Of a stretch of DNA of 64,000 nt, positions 58,413-64,000 are shown one piece after another. How positions within the stretch are numbered: position 1 is the stretch's first letter; each line of letters begins with the position of its first letter. The translations under genes were made by a program, and so were the position numbers. This stretch comes from a bacterium (lineage in GTDB: Bacteria; Armatimonadota; Zipacnadia; Zipacnadales; Zipacnadaceae): positions 202,474 to 266,473 of the forward strand of contig JAUVXR010000001.1 in the NCBI GenBank assembly GCA_030603495.1, written 5' to 3'. The notes under the pieces were generated by a model. It did no database searches, was not told where the DNA came from, and was given only the letters and a program-made list of their open reading frames with translations.

Positions 58413-59966
58413 GACCACGCTGTTCTCATACACCTGCACCCATCCCGTCTCGCCGACCAGCTCCCCCAGCGCCTCTTTGGGCAGATCCGCCGCCCAGGTT
58501 GGTAGGGGCAGATGTCGCGGAATCATCAGCGTGTTGACTCCGTAATGGGCGATGACTTGCCGAATCCGGCCGGCACGATCAAAGGGAATCTGTACCACGG
58601 GACAGCTGCTGTAGTAGCGGACCAGGTATGGATAGTGGGACATTACCACGGTATCCGGGGGGAGATTCGAGCCTAGCCAGTGGGCCGCAGCGATGTGCGG
58701 CTGCAAGCCCAAGTGCGGTGAGCCGGAGTCGAGGCGCCACCAGCCATAGCCGCCTACCCCCAAGCCCGCCACCAGCACCGTCACCACGAGCAACCCCGCG
58801 GTCGCTTGCCGGAGCGAGCCAAGAACCTGCTGAGAGATCGTCAGTCCCCCCGCTGCCGCGCTCAGCATAATCACCGGCACTATCGGCAGTAGTAGCCGAG
58901 GGTAGGGCACCCACAGGACGGCAAGCCCGGCGACGAATAATCCCAGGAAGACCCATAGCCGCCGTGCTCGCCGATGATATTGCGGTATCACGACCAGGAG
59001 TGAAGGAAGCACAAAGAACAGACCAATTCCCCCGAACAGCTCACGCCCGGCGCGACCCAGCTCGCGGAAGCTCCTCCCCGCACTGCCCAGGACTCCGCTC
59101 GTTCGCAGCCACTTATCCAACGACGGCAATGTCTCGCCCCAGTAGACATGCATCAGCGCCCGGCCGGAGTCATCCGTGCCGATGTGGCCGGCGGTGCAGA
59201 GATTGGTCGAGTAGAAGGGCTGGCCGAAGAGGCGGTAGTTACGCACCAGCATCGGGGCAGCGAAAACCAGAGCTATGCCTACGAAGGCGGCCAGCCAGCC
59301 CAGCCGTCTCCACACAGGGAGACGTGAAGCATCGAGCCAGAAGAAGACCGCCAACGGCAGCACCAGAAACAGCGCGGCAGGCTTGACGGTGTAGGCCAGG
59401 CCCAACGTGGCCCCGGACGCGACTATCAGGCCGGGCCGGTTCCAGGCCGCAACCAGCAGCAATAGAGCCAGAAGGGTCAGATCAATAAAGAGCACGTCGG
59501 CGCCGGCGCTCAGTGATTCCTTGAGCCAGTGTGGCCAGGCCAGAAACAGCACTGCAGCAGCGAAACAGACCGGAGGGGCGAGCAGCAGTCGGCGGGCCAG
59601 TGCATATACCAACAGAGGGCCGGCCAGCAGGCCCAGGAGCAGGTTGGGCAGCGTCGCAGCGAAGGGAGTCTCACCCAGCAGCCTCATACTTGCCGCCAGA
59701 ACCAGCGACCACGCCGAGGCTCGGCGGTCCTCGGGATGCAGCACTTCGGGGTACTGACGGTAGAAGTTACCAACGACCTCACTGCTCAGGCCCCGCCCCG
59801 TGAGCACATTGCGCGCTACCTCGACGTAGTTGGCCGCATCGTAGGGCTCTATATAGGGATTAAGCCAGGCAACGGTCATACCAGCCGCCAGCGCCACGCC
59901 GCAGACCGCAAGCAGGATGCGCAGGTACAACCGATATGCCGCCTGAGCACTGACTTTTTTTGTCAC
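58368..59966 (-). CDS. GT-C fold membrane glycosyltransferase (second, divergent)
   Basis: PYDAANYVEVARN..GRG first-loop motif, LAYTVKP, PMLVRNYRLFG; many TM helices. Probable GTG start at 59966 after GGGAG (ORF track 60032). Confidence 0.8.
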   Translation of the reverse strand: MTKKVSAQAAYRLYLRILLAVCGVALAAGMTVAWLNPYIEPYDAANYVEVARNVLTGRGLSSEVVGNFYRQYPEVLHPEDRRASAWSLVLAASMRLLGETPFAATLPNLLLGLLAGPLLVYALARRLLLAPPVCFAAAVLFLAWPHWLKESLSAGADVLFIDLTLLALLLLVAAWNRPGLIVASGATLGLAYTVKPAALFLVLPLAVFFWLDASRLPVWRRLGWLAAFVGIALVFAAPMLVRNYRLFGQPFYSTNLCTAGHIGTDDSGRALMHVYWGETLPSLDKWLRTSGVLGSAGRSFRELGRAGRELFGGIGLFFVLPSLLVVIPQYHRRARRLWVFLGLFVAGLAVLWVPYPRLLLPIVPVIMLSAAAGGLTISQQVLGSLRQATAGLLVVTVLVAGLGVGGYGWWRLDSGSPHLGLQPHIAAAHWLGSNLPPDTVVMSHYPYLVRYYSSCPVVQIPFDRAGRIRQVIAHYGVNTLMIPRHLPLPTWAADLPKEALGELVGETGWVQVYENSVVSVFHRAQDRVMPDF

Positions 59967-60340
59967 AGGGCTCCCTGTCCGTCGCTCTCCTCTAGCCAAG
60001 ACGCCTCCGTATCGCAAATAGCTTTCCCGCATAGAAGGAGGTTAGTCGTGGACAGCGGATAGCCCTTCCCTTGGCCCACCTCAGCCCGGCGATGTCGGGA
60101 TGGGACAGATGACCCAGAGCGGTATGAACCGCTCACCGCTAATTATCCCAACATCGAGGGGATGATGCTTGACGATTTCTCTAAGCTCATCCGCCAGCGC
60201 GACTGCAAGCAGTGCCCAGCAGATCGGATGATTGTCACTGCCGTTCAGTAAACCACCTATTCTTTCCCGCATTCAGAGCTTGTGAACCTGACTCGTCGGC
60301 TAGTGTGCTGTACTATTGGAGATAGATGATAAGCCGAAGC

Positions 60341-61861
60341 CTATCTTTCCCCGAAGCGGAAGGCATGCAGCTTCGCCCCGAACTGCAGCTCGAAGCGCAG
60401 CCGTATCGGCTGGCCCGCCAGCGCTGAGACATCCGACTCACCTCTGCGCCAGGTGACCACCCGGTCAACCGTATTGGCTGTATGTACCCGATCGCAGTCG
60501 TCCAGCGTGTAGCCCTCGATGGGAGTGCCGTCGGCATCCTGAATCTCCACTCGCGCCAGGCCCAGCGCCGAAGTCTCGATGTTAAGATGCAGCGCCTCAC
60601 CCTCAAATTGCACCGGGCAGGTGGTGAACTTCCCACCGGTGTAATCCGCCTCCACCGCCGTGAAGCGGTCCTTCAGCAGCACCACCCGGCTCAGGGTAGG
60701 CGTACGCTGAACACCTTTAAAGTCCCCGTGCAGGGCGTCATAGCCGATGTAGTACATCCAGATCTCGTCACCATGGCTGAACATGCCCGCACACATGTAC
60801 ACGCGCTTGGAGTCGAAACTACCTTCGGGCCCCAGGGGAATCCAGGGCTTGCGCTCGTATCTGTGCCAGTTAGTCCCATCACGGCTGGCCGCCAGAGCTA
60901 TGTCGAGGGTACCAGCATTCAGCGAGCCTACTGAATGACGCCCGTAACCTGATAGGTCATCAGCCAAATACCAGTCTTCGTAGTGCAAATAGCGGGAATT
61001 GAACAGGTAGTAGGCGTCCTCGGCATAAGGATACTGCACTACCTCGGGCATGTAAACATCCATCACGGACACGCCTCCGAACTGCGGGTCCTTCTCGTCA
61101 AATTCAAAGACCACCTCGGGCATAGGGAAGCTGGACAGATCGTCAGTGACCGACCGCCCAATGGTCCGCATAAAATACGTGTCCTCCTGTCCTAACCTCT
61201 TTGCCCATCCGGCAAAGTAGTCCCGCCGTTCCGGCGGAGCCGGATAGGCCTTGTTGACCCGCACATACGCCACATACTTGTCAAGCCGCGTGTCATAGAA
61301 GCACTTGTTGTGGCTGTCCATGCCCCGGGGATACAACGCTCCCCCCGGAAAGATCCCCTGGTGCATAAGCTCCCACTTGGCGCCGTCGCTCGAAACGCTG
61401 ATCTTGTTCCTCAATCCATCGAACAGCTTGTATCGCTCCTCGGGCGGGGCAGTAGGATCCACAAAAGGCAACCGGTCTCCGTTGTACAGACCCAGCAGAT
61501 CGTCGGGCTCCGGCGCCGTCCCCGGGGCGACCCGCCGCCAGTTAACACCATCCTTGGTCAAAGCGTGGAATCCCCGGAAGGTGCCGTCAACTGGAAAAAT
61601 CGTCACATACGTATGCAGCCAGCCACTCAGACACTGCTCATAGGTCTTGCGCGGTGGGCATAGCACGATGCGACAGCCCTCAGTTGAGTCCATGTAGCGC
61701 CCGTCAATGAAAACCTGGTTGCGATCGCCAATGTCCACGATCTCGCCTCCTTGCTGCGCAATTCCAGTGTCCGTGCAACTGACGATGAGCAGGCCCATCA
61801 TTAGCCACAGAAACATGCACGCCGTCATGCGCTCGCCTACGAAGCTAACCGTCTTCATCAT
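60341..61861 (-). CDS. Exported beta-propeller glycoside-hydrolase-like protein (GH32/43/130-clan-like, unassigned)
   Basis: Signal peptide, Asp-box repeats (TKDGVNW, SSDGAKW, SRDGTNW), G.FDS motif, C-terminal beta-sandwich ending IRLRF...KLHAFRF; RBS GGGAGG. Confidence 0.7.
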   Translation of the reverse strand: MMKTVSFVGERMTACMFLWLMMGLLIVSCTDTGIAQQGGEIVDIGDRNQVFIDGRYMDSTEGCRIVLCPPRKTYEQCLSGWLHTYVTIFPVDGTFRGFHALTKDGVNWRRVAPGTAPEPDDLLGLYNGDRLPFVDPTAPPEERYKLFDGLRNKISVSSDGAKWELMHQGIFPGGALYPRGMDSHNKCFYDTRLDKYVAYVRVNKAYPAPPERRDYFAGWAKRLGQEDTYFMRTIGRSVTDDLSSFPMPEVVFEFDEKDPQFGGVSVMDVYMPEVVQYPYAEDAYYLFNSRYLHYEDWYLADDLSGYGRHSVGSLNAGTLDIALAASRDGTNWHRYERKPWIPLGPEGSFDSKRVYMCAGMFSHGDEIWMYYIGYDALHGDFKGVQRTPTLSRVVLLKDRFTAVEADYTGGKFTTCPVQFEGEALHLNIETSALGLARVEIQDADGTPIEGYTLDDCDRVHTANTVDRVVTWRRGESDVSALAGQPIRLRFELQFGAKLHAFRFGER

Positions 61862-62177
61862 GCTTTCCTCCCTCTTTAGACTGTTGCAAAGGTCGCTAGG
61901 TACTTGCTCTCTGAGATCTCCCGCGTGGGTCTTGAGCCATTATGCGATTGCTGGCTCGCTCGCCTAGTTGCTCCCACGCCAGCCGCGTATGTGCAAGATG
62001 CAGGGGTTTTGTGGGCTCCTGACAGGATCCTCACCGCGAACCGGGCAGTTATCACGTCCTGACGACGCGCATCCTGATAGAGGTTGACCGAATAATCGAC
62101 ACCACAGCCTGCCAGTACCACCAGCAGGTGGACAAGTAAGCTGCCCGCCCTATCGTGCCAATTACCAGGCGGGCAAG

Positions 62178-63794
62178 TTATCCCACCTTCGGCACAGGCG
62201 GCTGGGCCGGTCGCTGGAACATCGCCCCCACCCACAGAACCACACAGATGAAAAGCAGGGGAAGGTCGCCGATACGGTGGTAGATGGACAGCCCGGCCAG
62301 CGGGTAGATCTTGTGGTGTACGATGCCGCCCACTCCCGCCGGCGCCTGCATCAGTGGCTGCCCGTAGGGATTGATGACAGCCGAAGGCCCCATAGTGGCG
62401 GCGCGCACCACAAACCGCCGGCTTTCCACCGCCCGCACCGGCGCAGTGACTGCATGCTGGCCCAGTTCAAAGCTCCCGGCCGCCCAGGAGTCGCTGGTGA
62501 TAAAGATGAGGAACTGCGCCCCTTCGCGACATAGCTCCCGGGTCGGCTCAGCGAGCGTTGCCTCCCAGCAGATGATGGTGCCCAACCGCCAGTCAGCGAA
62601 TTCCATCACATTACGCTCTCGACCTGGTGAGATGTTGTAGGAGCGGACTGGGTACCGCTTGACCAGGGCGTTGAGCGGACCTAAGTTGGGCACATATTCG
62701 CCGAACAGCACCAGGTCACCCTTGCGGTAGCTATCCACCCATTCGCCCTCGGGGTTGAACAGGTAAGCGGTGTTATACAGTCGGCCGTCTTTGCCCTCTT
62801 CCAGCGCCCCCATCAGTAGATGGGCTCGAGCATCGCGTGCGGACTGCTGGACATCCTCCAGATAGAAGGGGCGGCGATTGAGCACGACCGGAATAGCGGT
62901 CTCCGGCCAGACCACCAGGTCTGCTTTGAGCTCGCGGGAGAATTCGCCGGTTCCATAAGTATAGACGAGCCGGCATTGGTCGGCATCGTCTTCGGTGGGC
63001 GGCTGCTGGACCGCCACATTACCCTGGACCACGAGCGGATGGCAGCTCCTGGCTGCCTTAATATCCTTGACTCGCGGAGGCACAAAAGTAGCAGTCTGGA
63101 CGACGGTTGCGCCACCCAGTATCACGGCAAGAACGACGGCGTAGCCCCCGAAAACTGGCTTAGCCAGCGAGGCACGGCGCTGCCTAGTGCTTGAGTCATA
63201 GGGGTGGAGTCTAAGCTGCAAGAGCATCTCCGCCAGCAGGCCATTGGCGAAGACCACCGTCATAGTCACCGCTCCCGCGCCCAAGACACTAGCGATCTGG
63301 AGCACCGACAGTATCTGATGTTGGCTATAGGCTAGGTCTCCGAAGGTGAGCGAAAGCGGACCGATGTGACCGCGCAGGTATTCGATCAGCGTCCAGGCCG
63401 CCGCCGCTCCCGCTGCCCGCAGGAGCAGGCGCTTCACCGGTCGCAGGTAGACCATCAACCAGCCAAACAACCCGAAGAACATCCCCTGAAACAGCGCCAG
63501 CAAAATCAGAGGGAAGATACCGTATCGCGCGATGTACGAGAAGAACAGCCCGAAGAAGACGGTCCCGTAGATCAGCCCGGTCAGGCCGCCTTGCCAGGGT
63601 AGGCGAGCCGCGCCCAGCGCGTAGAGCAGCGGGATCAGAGCAAACCAAGCTAATGGCCCTAAGTCGATAGGTGGGAAGCTGAGAAAGACCAGCACTGCCG
63701 AGAGCAGTGCGCCTAAGACCATTAGCGTCCAGGGGGCCGAAACGTTACTCTTCGAGCCAGCAGACGGATTCGGGGCGAATTGTACTGGGGTCAT
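62178..63794 (-). CDS. lnt: Apolipoprotein N-acyltransferase
   Basis: N-terminal TM bundle; nitrilase triad VVWPET (Glu), YRKGDLVLFGEYVP (Lys) and IICWE (Cys); RAVES..R. Confidence 0.95.
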   Translation of the reverse strand: MTPVQFAPNPSAGSKSNVSAPWTLMVLGALLSAVLVFLSFPPIDLGPLAWFALIPLLYALGAARLPWQGGLTGLIYGTVFFGLFFSYIARYGIFPLILLALFQGMFFGLFGWLMVYLRPVKRLLLRAAGAAAAWTLIEYLRGHIGPLSLTFGDLAYSQHQILSVLQIASVLGAGAVTMTVVFANGLLAEMLLQLRLHPYDSSTRQRRASLAKPVFGGYAVVLAVILGGATVVQTATFVPPRVKDIKAARSCHPLVVQGNVAVQQPPTEDDADQCRLVYTYGTGEFSRELKADLVVWPETAIPVVLNRRPFYLEDVQQSARDARAHLLMGALEEGKDGRLYNTAYLFNPEGEWVDSYRKGDLVLFGEYVPNLGPLNALVKRYPVRSYNISPGRERNVMEFADWRLGTIICWEATLAEPTRELCREGAQFLIFITSDSWAAGSFELGQHAVTAPVRAVESRRFVVRAATMGPSAVINPYGQPLMQAPAGVGGIVHHKIYPLAGLSIYHRIGDLPLLFICVVLWVGAMFQRPAQPPVPKVG

Positions 63795-63829
63795 AATCGT
63801 AGCAGCTGCCGGCCGGGTCTTTACATCGG

Positions 63830-64000
63830 TCAGATGGGCGCTGGCGCAGGCTCCTCGAGTGAGACATCCCCCGTGGCCAACTTGTCCAGGAAGCGCTCCA
63901 TCCGCCGCAGCGCCTCTTGGAGCTGCTCGAGGCTGGTGGCGTAAGTACAACGCAAGTAGCCACGGCCACTTTCGCCAAAGGCCTCCCCCGGCACCGCTGC
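63830..64000 (-). CDS. PLP-dependent aminotransferase class I/II, C-terminal end (5' part outside window)
   Basis: AAVPGEAFGESGRGYLRCTYATSLEQLQEALRRMERF, matching the conserved PG..F...G..RxxY terminus. Confidence 0.9.
   Translation of the reverse strand, partial: AAVPGEAFGESGRGYLRCTYATSLEQLQEALRRMERFLDKLATGDVSLEEPAPAPI

Noticed and set aside
60081-60272. 63-aa minus-strand ORF
   Set aside because: No recognisable motif or RBS; the opposite strand looks more like a gene remnant.

Overview
GC-rich bacterial chromosomal segment, densely coding, with about 55 CDSs and one tRNA-Leu(CAG). It has no CRISPR array, prophage, rRNA or integrase. Firmicutes-type genes (hrcA-grpE, cdaA-cdaR, cinA-thpR-recA-recX-rny-ymdB-spoVS, copper-amine-oxidase-N and BsuPI domains) occur together with diderm envelope genes (lnt, exosortase-EpsI, outer-membrane beta-barrels). 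This suggests a diderm Terrabacteria lineage such as Armatimonadota (inference). Housekeeping genes include ligA, ftsZ, serS, dut, fsa/tal, dprA and recA. The most unusual items are: (1) a four-gene envelope operon led by a 1000-aa beta-barrel with tandem SprA-like repeat domains, with a PorV/FadL-like barrel nearby, possibly a T9SS-like export or surface system outside Bacteroidota; (2) a REP-associated HUH tyrosine transposase (RAYT) flanked by composite GTAG-footed multi-hairpin repeats with compensatory stem changes, inserted directly upstream of an AdnAB-like helicase-nuclease pair; (3) an unidentified, highly structured ~155-nt RNA candidate between a sigma70 promoter and cdaA; (4) a translationally coupled GT-C / double-zinc-ribbon / exosortase / EpsI cluster facing a second GT-C; (5) smaller signals: a frameshifted endonuclease V remnant, a 10-bp-phased tandem repeat, a divergent RecA site II and a clamp-motif-like DprA tail. 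All family calls come from motif recognition by eye; no database searches were run.
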